The notes under the pieces: model-generated
The model's database searches: none
What the model was told of the DNA's origin: nothing
Seen by the model: the letters and a program-made list of their open reading frames with translations, nothing else
Shown: piece by piece, positions 37,231-48,897 of the stretch
Layout: the number at the start of each line of letters is the position of its first letter
Numbering within the stretch: position 1 is the stretch's first letter
Program-made: the position numbers and the translations under genes
NCBI GenBank assembly: GCA_947258615.1
Contig: CAMYIX010000061.1
Coordinates: 1 to 59,184, forward strand
Direction of reading: 5' to 3'
DNA: 59,184 nucleotides
DNA from: an uncultured Ectothiorhodospiraceae bacterium
Lineage (GTDB): Bacteria > Pseudomonadota > Gammaproteobacteria > UBA9214

Positions 37231-38303
37231 GTTCTGGCCCCGTACAGCCCCCGGGCCGCTCCCTGGAGACGGCCATTCTCGACCTGCCCACCGCCTGGGG
37301 CGGACCCCCGGTCAGCGGCCGCTGGCGCGTCAGCCCGGAGGACTTCCAGGTCACGGAGATCCCGCTGCTGGAACCCGCCGGCGAGGGTGAACATGTCTGG
37401 TTGTTCATTCGCAAGCGCGAGCAGAATACCGACCAGGTCGCCCGCCAGCTGGCGCGCTGTGCCGGCGTGCGCGCCCGCGATGTCAGCTATGCCGGTCTCA
37501 AGGACCGCAATGCCGTCACCGGCCAATGGTTCTCGGTGCACCTGCCCGGCAGGCAGGAACCGGACTGGGGCGCGCTTGAAACGGACCGGGTCACGTTGCT
37601 GCGGCATGCGCGTCACAACCGCAAGCTGCGCCGCGGCGCACTCCGGGGCAATGCCTTCCGCATCGTGGTGCGCGATGTCAGCGGCGACAGCGGCGAGTTG
37701 CAGCGCCGGCTGGAAACCGTCGCCCGTTACGGGGTGCCCAACTATTTCGGGGAACAGCGTTTCGGCCGTGCCGGCAGCAACCTGCGCATGGCCGACCGGC
37801 TGTTCGGGCAACGCGGCCTGCGCCTGTCCCGGCACCAGCGCGGGCTGGTGCTTTCCGCGGCCCGCGCCTACCTGTTCAACCAGGTACTGGCCCACCGGGT
37901 CCGTAATGGCAGCTGGAACCGGGTGGTGCCCGGCGACGCCCTGCAACTGGACGGCAGTCACAGCTTCTTTATTGCAGCCGCCGCCGATGCGGAGTTGCAG
38001 GCGCGTGCCGATGCGCTGGACCTGCACCCGACGGGCCCGTTGTGGGGCCGGGGTGACAGCCCGGTGAGTGCTGCCGGCAGGGAGGCGGAGGCGCAGGGCC
38101 TGGCGGCCTGCGGGTCATGGCAGCAGGGCCTGGCCGCGGCGGGACTCCGGCAGGAACGTCGCGCCCTGCGCCTGGTGGCCGGGGACCTGCAGTGGTCGTG
38201 GCCGTCGCCGGACAGCCTGCTGCTGGAATTCAGCCTGGCAGCGGGCTGTTATGCCACCAGCGTATTGCGTGAGCTGGTCTCCAGGGAGGCCGCTCGGCCC
38301 TGA
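37227..38303 (+). CDS. truD: tRNA pseudouridine(13) synthase
   Basis: [40 protein letters not shown]. Confidence 0.96.
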   Translation: MSSGPVQPPGRSLETAILDLPTAWGGPPVSGRWRVSPEDFQVTEIPLLEPAGEGEHVWLFIRKREQNTDQVARQLARCAGVRARDVSYAGLKDRNAVTGQWFSVHLPGRQEPDWGALETDRVTLLRHARHNRKLRRGALRGNAFRIVVRDVSGDSGELQRRLETVARYGVPNYFGEQRFGRAGSNLRMADRLFGQRGLRLSRHQRGLVLSAARAYLFNQVLAHRVRNGSWNRVVPGDALQLDGSHSFFIAAAADAELQARADALDLHPTGPLWGRGDSPVSAAGREAEAQGLAACGSWQQGLAAAGLRQERRALRLVAGDLQWSWPSPDSLLLEFSLAAGCYATSVLRELVSREAARP

Positions 38304-38311
38304 GTCGCGGC

Positions 38312-38857
38312 TCAGCGGCGGCTGCGCAGCAGCACATTCACCGCGCCGGTGCCACCCTGTTCCGGCCGGGTTGAACTGAATGCCAGTACGTCCGGATGCT
38401 GGCGCAGCCAGCTGTTCAGGCTGTTCTTCAGCACCGGGGCCTGTTCCCGGGAACCATAGCCCTTGCCGTGGATGATGCGCACGCAGCGGATGCGCTGGTC
38501 ACGTGATTGGGTGATGAAACGGATGAGCTCGTTCTGGGCGATGGCCAGCGTCATGCCGTGCATGTCGAGCTCGGCCCCGACCGGGAGCTGGCCACGGCGC
38601 AGGCGCTGCAGCAGGCGCAGCTGCAGACCGGGGCGCGCAAAGTAGAGCGTGTCGGCGGCATTGACCGGATCGTCCCGGGGCCAATCTGAAAAACCCGGGT
38701 CGCCGCGCTGCTCGCTGTCGTCACGGGCGGTGCGCGGCCGGGGTGCAGGCGGTCGCCTGTGCACTACCGCCGTGTCACTGCCCAGTTTTCTGACCGGACC
38801 GATACTGCGACGGAACAGGTCGATGTCTTCCCTGGAAGGCTTCTTGGTAGCGGGCAT
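38312..38857 (-). CDS. Smr domain endonuclease (SmrA/SmrB-like)
   Basis: LDMHGMT, IIHGKGYGS, GGTGA. Confidence 0.9.
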   Translation of the reverse strand: MPATKKPSREDIDLFRRSIGPVRKLGSDTAVVHRRPPAPRPRTARDDSEQRGDPGFSDWPRDDPVNAADTLYFARPGLQLRLLQRLRRGQLPVGAELDMHGMTLAIAQNELIRFITQSRDQRIRCVRIIHGKGYGSREQAPVLKNSLNSWLRQHPDVLAFSSTRPEQGGTGAVNVLLRSRR

Positions 38858-39009
38858 GGGTGATGTTGATCGGGTTGTCAGCTGTTGAGCGGGGCGTTCA
38901 GATACCGTAGCAGATCCCTGCTTGCATGCAAGCCGAATGGCACGCTTTTGTGTTCCACTCCGGCTTTATATTACGATGCAGTCAGTCCACGCGAGGTGAA
39001 GTTTCAGCA

Positions 39010-39756
39010 ATGCATATCCTTATCAGCAACGATGACGGCTACCAGTCGGCCGGCATCCGGATACTGGCCGACACCCTGGGCGAGATCGCGACCGTTACCG
39101 TGGTGGCCCCGGACCGCGACCGCAGCGGCGCCAGTAATTCACTCACGCTGGACAATCCGATACGCGCACGCCGGGCGGACAACGGTTACACCTATGTGGA
39201 CGGTACCCCGACCGATTGTGTCCACCTTGCCATTACCGGGCTGCTGGACCAGGAGCCGGATATGGTCGTGGCCGGGATCAATGCGGGGGCCAACCTTGGT
39301 GATGACGTGCTCTATTCGGGTACGGTCGCCGCCGCGATGGAGGGGCGTTTTCTCGGCCTGCCGGCCATCGCCGTCTCGCTGGTCTCGGAACGGCCCACGC
39401 ACTTCGAAACCGCTGCCCGTGTCACCCTGGACCTGGTACGGCGTCTGCTGTTCAATACCCTGCCAGCTGATACAATTCTCAACGTGAATGTGCCGGACCT
39501 GCCGCTGGAAGAACTGGCCGGTATGCAGGCGACCCGGCTGGGTCACCGCCACAAGTCCGAGGCAGTGGTGCAGATGCATGACCCCCGGGGTCGTCCCGTC
39601 TACTGGGTGGGGCCCGCCGGCTCCGAACAGGATGCCGGCCCCGGCACGGACTTTCATGCGGTACGTTCCGGCCATGTCTCGGTGACACCGCTGGATGTCG
39701 ACCTGACACGCTACCAGGCCCTGGAAGGGGTGAGCAGCTGGCTTGAAGACGGCTAG
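39010..39756 (+). CDS. surE: 5'/3'-nucleotidase SurE
   Basis: [31 protein letters not shown]. Confidence 0.97.
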   Translation: MHILISNDDGYQSAGIRILADTLGEIATVTVVAPDRDRSGASNSLTLDNPIRARRADNGYTYVDGTPTDCVHLAITGLLDQEPDMVVAGINAGANLGDDVLYSGTVAAAMEGRFLGLPAIAVSLVSERPTHFETAARVTLDLVRRLLFNTLPADTILNVNVPDLPLEELAGMQATRLGHRHKSEAVVQMHDPRGRPVYWVGPAGSEQDAGPGTDFHAVRSGHVSVTPLDVDLTRYQALEGVSSWLEDG

Positions 39757-39849
39757 CAAACGGGATCCCTTGCCGGCTCCAGCAGTTGTTTCAGCGTGGC
39801 GGAAATTTTCCTGTAGTCTGGACACCCGCATAGTGAAGAGCGCCCTGAA

Positions 39850-40506
39850 TTGAATTCGATAACACAAGGCATCGGGATGACATCCCAGCGAACGCGTGAC
39901 CGGCTGGTGATGCGCCTGCGCGATGAGGGTATCCGCGACCGCGATGTCCTCGATGTGATGAGAAACATCCCCCGGCACCTGTTCGTGGACGAGGCGCTGG
40001 CCAGCCGGGCCTACGAGGACACCGCGCTTCCGATCGGATACAACCAGACCATATCCCAGCCCTATATCGTAGCTGCCATGACGGAGCTGGTGATCGCGAA
40101 TCGCCCCGCCAAGATCCTCGAGGTCGGTACCGGTTCCGGCTACCAGGCCGCGGTGCTGTCCGGGCTGGTGGACAAGATCTACACCGTTGAACGGATCGCA
40201 CCGCTGCTGACCCTGGCGCGCCAGCGTTTCCGGCGGCTCGGCCTGAGGAACATCCGTGCGATTCACAGTGACGGCACGGTCGGGTGGCCGGACTTCGCGC
40301 CCTATGATGCCATCATCGTGACCGCCGGATCCGAACACATTCCCGATGCCTTGCTGCACCAGCTGGCCCCGAACGGGCGGCTGATCATCCCGGTCGGCCG
40401 GCGTGACCGGCAGCGGCTGACCATGGTCACCCGCAAAGGAGACGCGTTCGAGCAGGAGGACCTGGACCCGGTTACCTTCGTGCCATTGCTCAGGGGCCAG
40501 ACCTGA
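39850..40506 (+). CDS. pcm: Protein-L-isoaspartate O-methyltransferase
   Basis: [22 protein letters not shown]. Confidence 0.96.
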   Translation: MNSITQGIGMTSQRTRDRLVMRLRDEGIRDRDVLDVMRNIPRHLFVDEALASRAYEDTALPIGYNQTISQPYIVAAMTELVIANRPAKILEVGTGSGYQAAVLSGLVDKIYTVERIAPLLTLARQRFRRLGLRNIRAIHSDGTVGWPDFAPYDAIIVTAGSEHIPDALLHQLAPNGRLIIPVGRRDRQRLTMVTRKGDAFEQEDLDPVTFVPLLRGQT

Positions 40507-41084
40507 TGCCGCTGTTCATATCGCTCTATGACCGCTGCATGGCGCTGGCACGGCATCGCTACGCCGCCCGCTACCTGGCCGGTCTGAGCTTCGCGGAATC
40601 GTCCTTCTTCCCGGTCCCGCCGGATATCATGCTGGCGCCCATGAGTATGGCCAGGCCGGAACGCGCCATGTCCTATGCGCTGCTGACCACGCTGGCCTCG
40701 GTGCTGGGTGGCCTGTTCGGGTACCTGCTGGGTTATTTTGCCTTCGATCTCATCGAACCCTGGGTACACAGGAGCGGGCATTGGGACGACTACCTGCATG
40801 TGCGTGACTGGTTCGACACCTGGGGTTTCTGGGCCATCCTGGTCGCGGGGTTCTCACCGATCCCCTACAAGGTCTTCACCATCGCGGCCGGTACGCTGTC
40901 CATGAACATCCCGCTGTTTGTCGCGGGCTCCGTGATCGGTCGGGGTGGGCGTTTCTTTCTGGTAGCCGGCCTGCTTGCCTGGGGTGGGCCGAAGATGGAA
41001 CAGGCGCTGCGCACCTATGTTGAACGCATCGGCTGGTTGCTGGTGATCGTGGCCGTTCTTGCCTACCTGTATTTTCGCGGCTGA
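40506..41084 (+). CDS. yqaA: YqaA/DedA (VTT) family membrane protein
   Basis: SFAESSFFPVPPD, GFSPIPYKVF; lies between pcm and nlpD. Confidence 0.85.
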   Translation: MPLFISLYDRCMALARHRYAARYLAGLSFAESSFFPVPPDIMLAPMSMARPERAMSYALLTTLASVLGGLFGYLLGYFAFDLIEPWVHRSGHWDDYLHVRDWFDTWGFWAILVAGFSPIPYKVFTIAAGTLSMNIPLFVAGSVIGRGGRFFLVAGLLAWGGPKMEQALRTYVERIGWLLVIVAVLAYLYFRG

Positions 41085-41884
41085 TGTTTGCCGTGCTGCG
41101 TTTGTTCTGCATTGTCCTGCTGGGCTTGTCGATCGCGGCCTGTGGTTCGCAACCCGTCAATGCACCGGTCGGAACGCGCGGGGCACCGACGGCCACAAAA
41201 GCGGCCCCGGTAACACGACAGCCTGTCCGGTCGACCCGGGGCCATTACACTGTCAGGCGCGGTGACACGCTTTACTCGATCGCCTGGCAGCACGGACTGG
41301 CATATCGCGAGCTTGCCTCCCTGAACGGTATCCGTCCCCCCTATACCATCTATGTCGGTCAGCGTCTGCGCGTGGGTCCATCCGCCCCGAAGGCAGCCGC
41401 AGGCAGACCTGCGGCAGCGCAATCCATACCCGCATCCAAACCGGTTGCCAGTCCCTCGCCAACGCGCCCGACACCGCCTGTACAGGCAGCAGAGCAGCCG
41501 TTGCCGGCGACTGTCAGCAAGTGGGTGTGGCCGGCACAGGGCAAGCTGCTGCGCGGTTTTCGGTCGGACTCGCCCGGAAAGAAGGGGGTCGATATCGGTG
41601 GTCGGCGCGGGCAACCGGTTATGGCCGCGGCAGGGGGCAAGGTGGTCTATACCGGGAGTGGACTTGTCGGGTACGGTCGTCTTATCATCATCAAGCACAA
41701 TGACAGTTTGCTCAGTGCCTACGGACATAACAGCAAATTACTTGTCAAGGAAGGTGAACGGGTCGAGGCGGGGCAGGTTATTGCCAAGATGGGCAGTAGC
41801 GGAACCGTTGGTACCCGCCTGTATTTCGAGATACGCAAGGACGGCAAGCCGGTTAATCCCTTGCGCTATCTGCCGAAGGGTTGA
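41084..41884 (+). CDS. nlpD: LysM/M23 lipoprotein NlpD
   Basis: Lipobox IAAC, LysM ([13 protein letters not shown]), degenerate M23 domain; upstream of rpoS. Confidence 0.92.
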   Translation: MFAVLRLFCIVLLGLSIAACGSQPVNAPVGTRGAPTATKAAPVTRQPVRSTRGHYTVRRGDTLYSIAWQHGLAYRELASLNGIRPPYTIYVGQRLRVGPSAPKAAAGRPAAAQSIPASKPVASPSPTRPTPPVQAAEQPLPATVSKWVWPAQGKLLRGFRSDSPGKKGVDIGGRRGQPVMAAAGGKVVYTGSGLVGYGRLIIIKHNDSLLSAYGHNSKLLVKEGERVEAGQVIAKMGSSGTVGTRLYFEIRKDGKPVNPLRYLPKG

Positions 41885-41961
41885 CAGTATTCCCTTGCCT
41901 TGTTCGCGTGCCGTTACCGGTCCAGACAGACACTGGGCCAGTCACACCGGCGGAGTGGTCA

Positions 41962-42918
41962 GTGGCCAAACAACGCAAGGATTCTGACGGAACAGACACG
42001 CCTTCCACCCGGAAAGGTAAATCTGCTGGTGTCAGCGACGCCAAAGTCAAGAAGTCCGGCAGCGCAGGCGTCTCGTCATCCTCCGCAGATCACGATCCTA
42101 CCCGACTCTATCTCAGCGAGATCGGTGCCTCACCCTTGTTGACGGCAGAGGAGGAGGTATTCTACTCGCGCAAGGCCCAGCGGGGTGACGAGAGTGCGCG
42201 CCAGCGCATGATCGAGAGCAACCTGCGGTTGGTAGTCAAGATCGCCCGGCGCTACATGAACCGTGGTCTGGCGTTTCTCGATCTCATCGAGGAAGGCAAC
42301 CTGGGACTGATACGGGCGGTTGAGAAATTCGACCCCGAGCGGGGTTTTCGTTTTTCAACCTATGCGACCTGGTGGATCCGCCAGACCATCGAGCGTGCCA
42401 TCATGAACCAGACGCGCACCATTCGTCTGCCCATCCATGTCGTAAAGGAGATCAACGTCTACCTGAGGGTGGCGCGCAAGCTGACCCAGGAGCTTGATCA
42501 CGAACCGAGCGCGGACGAGATCGCGACCCTGCTGGACAAGCCGCTCGAGGATGTGCAGCGCATGCTGGGGTTGAATGAACGTACCGCCTCGACCGACACC
42601 AGCATCATGAACGACTCCGGCAAGACCCTGCTGGACACCATCGTCGATGACAGTATGCCGGACCCGACCGAGACCTTGCAGGACGAAGATATTCACGCGA
42701 ACCTGGAAGAGTGGCTGGGGCAGTTGAACGACAAGCAGCGCGAGGTGGTGGAACGCCGTTTCGGTCTGCACGGTTACTCGGTTTCGACCCTGGAGGAGGT
42801 CGGGGCCGAAATCGGTGTCACCCGTGAGCGGGTGCGCCAGATCCAGATGGATGCCCTGAAGCGGCTGAGGAGAATTCTCGAGAACGAGGGCTTCTCGGTC
42901 GATGCCCTGTTGAAATAG
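41962..42918 (+). CDS. rpoS: RNA polymerase sigma factor RpoS
   Basis: [38 protein letters not shown]; probable GTG start at 41962 after GGAG. Confidence 0.95.
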   Translation: MAKQRKDSDGTDTPSTRKGKSAGVSDAKVKKSGSAGVSSSSADHDPTRLYLSEIGASPLLTAEEEVFYSRKAQRGDESARQRMIESNLRLVVKIARRYMNRGLAFLDLIEEGNLGLIRAVEKFDPERGFRFSTYATWWIRQTIERAIMNQTRTIRLPIHVVKEINVYLRVARKLTQELDHEPSADEIATLLDKPLEDVQRMLGLNERTASTDTSIMNDSGKTLLDTIVDDSMPDPTETLQDEDIHANLEEWLGQLNDKQREVVERRFGLHGYSVSTLEEVGAEIGVTRERVRQIQMDALKRLRRILENEGFSVDALLK

Positions 42919-43287
42919 CTATGAGAGTAGCAGGGCGGCGACCACCCGGCGTTCTTCCGAAATCAGGATGTTGAAGGTGCGGCACGCCGCGGCCGTGTCC
43001 ATGAACTCCACCCCGATGCCCTGTGTCAGGAACCCGGCCGCGTATTCCGCAGGTGGAAAGCGTGATGTGGCCCCGGTACCGAGGATGATGATCTCCGGTT
43101 CGAGTTCTGCCAGCCGGGTGACATGGTGTTCCTGCAGGCCGGCAAAGCTGTTCGGCAACCAGTCCCTAATGATCCTGTCCGGTGTCACGATCACGCTGGA
43201 TAAGATGACCTGGTCGTTGACCGTGATCTGGTCGCGTGCATAGGCCGTGATGCTGTTGCCTGCGAAGCTGTCCTGTGCGAAACGCAT
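42919..43287 (-). CDS. Mth938-like (DUF498) protein
   Basis: PEIIILGTG, GIGVEFMDTAAACRTFNILISEERRV. Confidence 0.9.
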   Translation of the reverse strand: MRFAQDSFAGNSITAYARDQITVNDQVILSSVIVTPDRIIRDWLPNSFAGLQEHHVTRLAELEPEIIILGTGATSRFPPAEYAAGFLTQGIGVEFMDTAAACRTFNILISEERRVVAALLLS

Positions 43288-43467
43288 GCCTGCTAAGATA
43301 CTGGGCCCGCCGCTAGCGGACAAGCCGTTTTAGTGTCGTCCACACTGCCTCGCGGGGGTGGTGCCGCCCGCCCGGGGCCCTTGTTTCCCATGACGCTTTT
43401 CAGTAACGTTAGCGCTCTTGGACCGTTGCTGGAACAGCTTCAAAATCAAAAGACTACAGGTTGCCCC

Positions 43468-44673
43468 GTGATCGAGGAATTCTCCCGCATAAAGCGTCTG
43501 CCCCCGTACGTCTTCAACATTGTCAATGAGTTGAAGGCGACGGCCCGTGCGCGCGGTGAGGATATCATCGATTTCGGTATGGGAAATCCCGATCAGCCCA
43601 CGCCGCCGCATATCGTCGAGAAGCTGGTCGAGGCGGCGCAGCGCGGCGATACCCACCGCTACTCGCTGTCGCGCGGGATCCCGCGGCTGCGCAAGGCCAT
43701 CTGCGACTGGTACGGGCGGCGCTACGATGTCGACCTGGACTATGACCGCCATGCCATTGTCACCATCGGTTCCAAGGAGGGGCTGGCGCACCTGGCCCTG
43801 GCCACCATGGGTCCGGGCGACGCCGTGCTGGTTCCCAATCCGGCCTATCCCATCCATCCCTACGGGTTTGCCATCGCCGGGGCGGACATCCGCCATGTGC
43901 CGCTGCGCCCGGGTGTCGATTTCTTCGCCGAGCTGGAGAAGGCCATCAAGGACTCCTGGCCGCGGCCCAAGATGCTGATACTCAACTTTCCCGGCAACCC
44001 GACCACCCAGTGTGTCGAGCTGGAGTTCTTCGAGAAGGTGGTCGACATCGCGCGCGAGAACGAGATCTGGGTGGTGCAGGACCTGGCCTATGCCGACCTG
44101 GTCTTCGATGGCTATCAGGCGCCTTCGATTCTGCAGGTGGACGGTGCCATGGATGTGGCGGTTGAGTTCTTCTCGCTGTCCAAGAGCTACAACATGCCGG
44201 GCTGGCGGGTCGGCTTCATGTGCGGCAACGAGACCCTGGTGGCGGCACTGGCGCGCATCAAGTCCTACCTGGACTACGGCATGTTCACGCCCATCCAGGT
44301 CGCGGCGATCACCGCGCTGGACGGTCCCCAGGATTGCGTGCGGGAAATCGCAGAGAACTACCGTGGCCGTCGTAATGTCCTGTGCGAGGGCCTGAATTCC
44401 CTGGGCTGGCCGGTGGAGAAGCCCAGGGCAACCATGTTCGTCTGGGCACCCATACCGGAACCCTACCGGGAAATGGGCTCGCTCGAGTTTTCCAAGAAAC
44501 TGCTGGTGGACGCGCGTGTCGCCGTGTCGCCGGGGGTCGGTTTCGGCTCCTACGGCGACGACCACGTGCGTTTCAGTCTTATCGAGAACAAGCACCGTAC
44601 CCGTCAGGCCATTCGCGGTATCCGCGACATGTTCCGCAAGGACCTCGGCCTGGCGCATGCCTCAGGAGGATAA
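43468..44673 (+). CDS. alaC: Alanine (class I PLP) transaminase
   Basis: [31 protein letters not shown]; GTG start inferred. Confidence 0.88.
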   Translation: MIEEFSRIKRLPPYVFNIVNELKATARARGEDIIDFGMGNPDQPTPPHIVEKLVEAAQRGDTHRYSLSRGIPRLRKAICDWYGRRYDVDLDYDRHAIVTIGSKEGLAHLALATMGPGDAVLVPNPAYPIHPYGFAIAGADIRHVPLRPGVDFFAELEKAIKDSWPRPKMLILNFPGNPTTQCVELEFFEKVVDIARENEIWVVQDLAYADLVFDGYQAPSILQVDGAMDVAVEFFSLSKSYNMPGWRVGFMCGNETLVAALARIKSYLDYGMFTPIQVAAITALDGPQDCVREIAENYRGRRNVLCEGLNSLGWPVEKPRATMFVWAPIPEPYREMGSLEFSKKLLVDARVAVSPGVGFGSYGDDHVRFSLIENKHRTRQAIRGIRDMFRKDLGLAHASGG

Positions 44674-44678
44674 ATCAG

Positions 44679-45995
<1,317 letters not shown>

Positions 45996-46042
45996 TTACC
46001 CATTTCATTTCTTATGCGCCGCAAGCCGGCGAGGAATAACGC

Positions 46043-47188
46043 ATGTCTACTGGATCCCGCTATACAGGATTGATCGAACACTATCGCGACCGTCTGCCGG
46101 TGTCTGCCGACACCCGCGTCATCAGCCTGGGTGAGGGCAATACGCCGCTGGTGCAACTGGAAAACATCCCGCGTGAAATCGGCAAGGATATCGAACTCTA
46201 CATCAAGTACGAGGGCCTCAACCCGACCGGTTCATTCAAGGATCGTGGCATGACCATGGCGGTGACCCGGGCGGTAGAGGAGGGCAGCCGGGCCGTGCTG
46301 TGCGCCTCCACGGGCAACACCTCGGCCGCGGCGGCTGCCTATGCCGCACGGGCCGGCATCACCGCGTTTGTCATCATCCCCGAAGGCAAGATCGCGCTGG
46401 GCAAGCTGGCCCAGGCCATGATCCACGGCGCCGTGGTACTGCAGATCAAGGGGAATTTCGACGTCGGCATGCGCCTGGTCAAGGAGGTGGCCAGTGAGGC
46501 CCCGGTCACCGTCGTCAACTCCATCAATCCCTATCGCCTGCAGGGCCAGAAGACCGCTGCCTTCGAGATTGTCGACGAACTCGGGCGGGCGCCGGACTAC
46601 CACTGCCTGCCGGTCGGTAATGCCGGCAATATCACCGCCCACTGGATCGGCTATTGTGAATACGCCCATCACGATGAGGGCGAGGTCACGGCTGCGTGCG
46701 GCTTTTGCGAAGGCGCGTCCTGTGCCTACGGTGGCCGGGGCGTGACCGATACCCGCCCCGTCATGGTCGGTTACCAGGCCGCCGGTGCCGCTCCGTTCAT
46801 GCGCGGTGCCATGGTGGACCACCCGGAAACGGTGGCCACGGCGATCCGCATTGGTCACCCGCAGTCCTGGGACAAGGCCTGGAAGGTCAGGGAAGAGTCC
46901 GGCGGCTGGTTTGATGAATGCTCCGACGAGGAGATCCTGGCGGCTCAGAAGCTGCTTACCTCGCGCGAGGGGATCTTCTGCGAGCCGGCCTCGGCGACCT
47001 CGGTCGCGGGCGCGCTGCGTGATATCCAGTCCGGCAAGATCCCGGAAGGCAGCACCGTGGTGTGCACCCTCACCGGTCACGGTCTCAAGGACCCGGACAC
47101 GGCCATCAAGCAGTGCGAGGGCGCCATGCAGACCGTCGATGCCGAACTCGACGCCGTCAAGGACGCCATCCTGAAACACCTGGCGTGA
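46043..47188 (+). CDS. thrC: Threonine synthase (short type, with Cys-rich insertion)
   Basis: [36 protein letters not shown]. Confidence 0.95.
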   Translation: MSTGSRYTGLIEHYRDRLPVSADTRVISLGEGNTPLVQLENIPREIGKDIELYIKYEGLNPTGSFKDRGMTMAVTRAVEEGSRAVLCASTGNTSAAAAAYAARAGITAFVIIPEGKIALGKLAQAMIHGAVVLQIKGNFDVGMRLVKEVASEAPVTVVNSINPYRLQGQKTAAFEIVDELGRAPDYHCLPVGNAGNITAHWIGYCEYAHHDEGEVTAACGFCEGASCAYGGRGVTDTRPVMVGYQAAGAAPFMRGAMVDHPETVATAIRIGHPQSWDKAWKVREESGGWFDECSDEEILAAQKLLTSREGIFCEPASATSVAGALRDIQSGKIPEGSTVVCTLTGHGLKDPDTAIKQCEGAMQTVDAELDAVKDAILKHLA

Positions 47189-47200
47189 CTTTAGTCGCGC

Positions 47201-47680
47201 TTCACCACCGGGACACCGGGGTCGCAATTCCGACAACACATCAAAAAAACACTCACCGCAGAGGCGCAAAGGACGCAGAGAAACTCAGGAAATATTCAAT
47301 GTAAAACCCTATGGCGATTCAGCCTGTAGGTTGGGCAAAGCGCAGCGTGCCCAACAATCAGTTTTATGTTGGGCACGTCGCTGACGCTCCTTTGCCCAAC
47401 CTGCGTGCCTGTATATAACCATTCACCGCAAAGGCGCAAAGTAAAATAATGATTCACCGCAGAGACGCCGAAGGCGCAGAGAAAACATTCCGTAGAATAT
47501 CGAAAATATTTCACCGCAAAGAGGTAATGAACACAAAGTGAAAAGAATTATCCGGGTGAATGAGGTGTTGGATTTTCGAAATAATTATTTCTTTTCTCTG
47601 CGTCCTTTGCGTCTCTGCGGTGAATTGTTGTTGATGGATCCCGGGATAATTTTCTCTGCGTCCTCGGCGTCTCTGCGGTA
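47201..47680. repeat. Repeat cluster 2: about 7 copies of the CGCARAG family
   Basis: Forward copies ~47201 (degenerate), 47253-47280, 47423-47441, 47454-47481, 47511-47538; reverse copies 47596-47624, 47654-47680. Confidence 0.9.
47326..47404. repeat. GTAG-type REP doublet (REPIN-like)
   Basis: GTAG-gttgggcaaagcgcagcgtgcccaaca and an inverted partner tgttgggcacg...tttgcccaacctgc, each internally palindromic. Confidence 0.8.
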
Positions 47681-47709
47681 GGTATTGCGTTTGAAAAATA
47701 TCAATCATT

Positions 47710-48756
47710 TTGTCTGACCCGGTGAACAAGCTGGTGCTGGTGGTGCCGGGTCTGTGCGGCCCGGGTGGTGAGGATCCGTTTTCCAGTCTGCCTGGCGGTC
47801 ACCCGCAGGCCCTGGAGAAACTGCTGGCACGGGCCGGCGTAAAGCGCGATGCCCCATGGAACCTCGATGCCACCCTGGGCGGATTTTTCGGTCTGTCCGT
47901 CGGTACGCCGGCGACACTGCCGGTGGCGCCGCTGACCTGGCTGGCCGATACCGGCAGCGCTCCAAGGGGCTATGTCATGCGCGCCGACCCGGTGCACCTG
48001 CGCGCGGACCAGTCCAGCCTGCGGCTGTTCGACAGCCGGGCGTTCTCCATCGAACCGGATGAGGCCCGGCAACTGGCCGCGAGTTTTAACGAGCTGTACC
48101 GCGACCGCGGCTGGCATCTGGAGGTGGTCGCGCCGGCGCGCTGGTACCTGGCACTTGCCGAGCCCCCGATTCTGGAGACCCGCTCACCCTCGGAATGCGC
48201 CGGGCGGGACATCAATGAACTGTTGCCACGCGGCGCGCACAGCCGCGAATGGCATGCCCTGCTGAACGAGGTCCAGATGCTGTTTCACGCGCACCCGGTC
48301 AACGCGGCGCGCGAGCAGCGCGGTGAACCGGCCATCAACAGCATCTGGCCATGGGGCGGGGGGGTGCTGCCCGCTGCAGCCGAGACATCGCTTGCGGGTG
48401 TCATAACCGACCAGCCGCTGGTGATGGGGCTGGCGCAGCTGGCCGGTATTCCCCGGCGTGACCTGCCGGCGGACGCTACAGAACTGGCAGCCGGCCTGGT
48501 CGAAGGGCATTATCTCGTTGTCATCGATTCCCTGGCAGCGGCGATGCAGTATGCGGATGCCGGGGCCTGGGCCAAGGGACTGGGGCAGCTCGAGTCCGCC
48601 TGGTTCCGGCCCCTGCTGGAGCTGATCGGCGCCGGTCGTATCGGACAGCTCGAACTCTATCCCGTCAACGGCAGCTGCTATCGCGTCAGTCGCCAGCTGA
48701 TGCGGCGCTTCTGGAGGCGCCCGCGCAGTCTTGCCCGGCAGTGTCGGCATGATTAG
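47710..48756 (+). CDS. Conserved protein, RpfE-type / phosphoglycerate-mutase-like
   Basis: RADPVHL, LLNEVQMLFHAHPVN..R..RGEPAINSIWPWGGG; typical position upstream of recJ. Confidence 0.75.
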   Translation: MSDPVNKLVLVVPGLCGPGGEDPFSSLPGGHPQALEKLLARAGVKRDAPWNLDATLGGFFGLSVGTPATLPVAPLTWLADTGSAPRGYVMRADPVHLRADQSSLRLFDSRAFSIEPDEARQLAASFNELYRDRGWHLEVVAPARWYLALAEPPILETRSPSECAGRDINELLPRGAHSREWHALLNEVQMLFHAHPVNAAREQRGEPAINSIWPWGGGVLPAAAETSLAGVITDQPLVMGLAQLAGIPRRDLPADATELAAGLVEGHYLVVIDSLAAAMQYADAGAWAKGLGQLESAWFRPLLELIGAGRIGQLELYPVNGSCYRVSRQLMRRFWRRPRSLARQCRHD

Positions 48757-48897
48757 CCTGAAAAGGGGGACATTCTGCTTGTTGGCGTTTCAGGTGAAAG
48801 TCGTGGATGAACAATCGAGAAAAACACAATGCCCCATATTTTTTCGCAGGAAATGCACCGATGCCGGGTGGACCGGCTACCGGGATTGCGGTGAGCC

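Noticed and set aside
47201-47680. CRISPR array interpretation of the repeat clusters
   Set aside because: Copies are degenerate, in both orientations and irregularly spaced, with no cas genes
48757-48897. Possible structured RNA upstream of recJ (cctgaaa...tttcagg)
   Set aside because: Only a 7-bp inverted repeat with no recognisable family, so too weak to call
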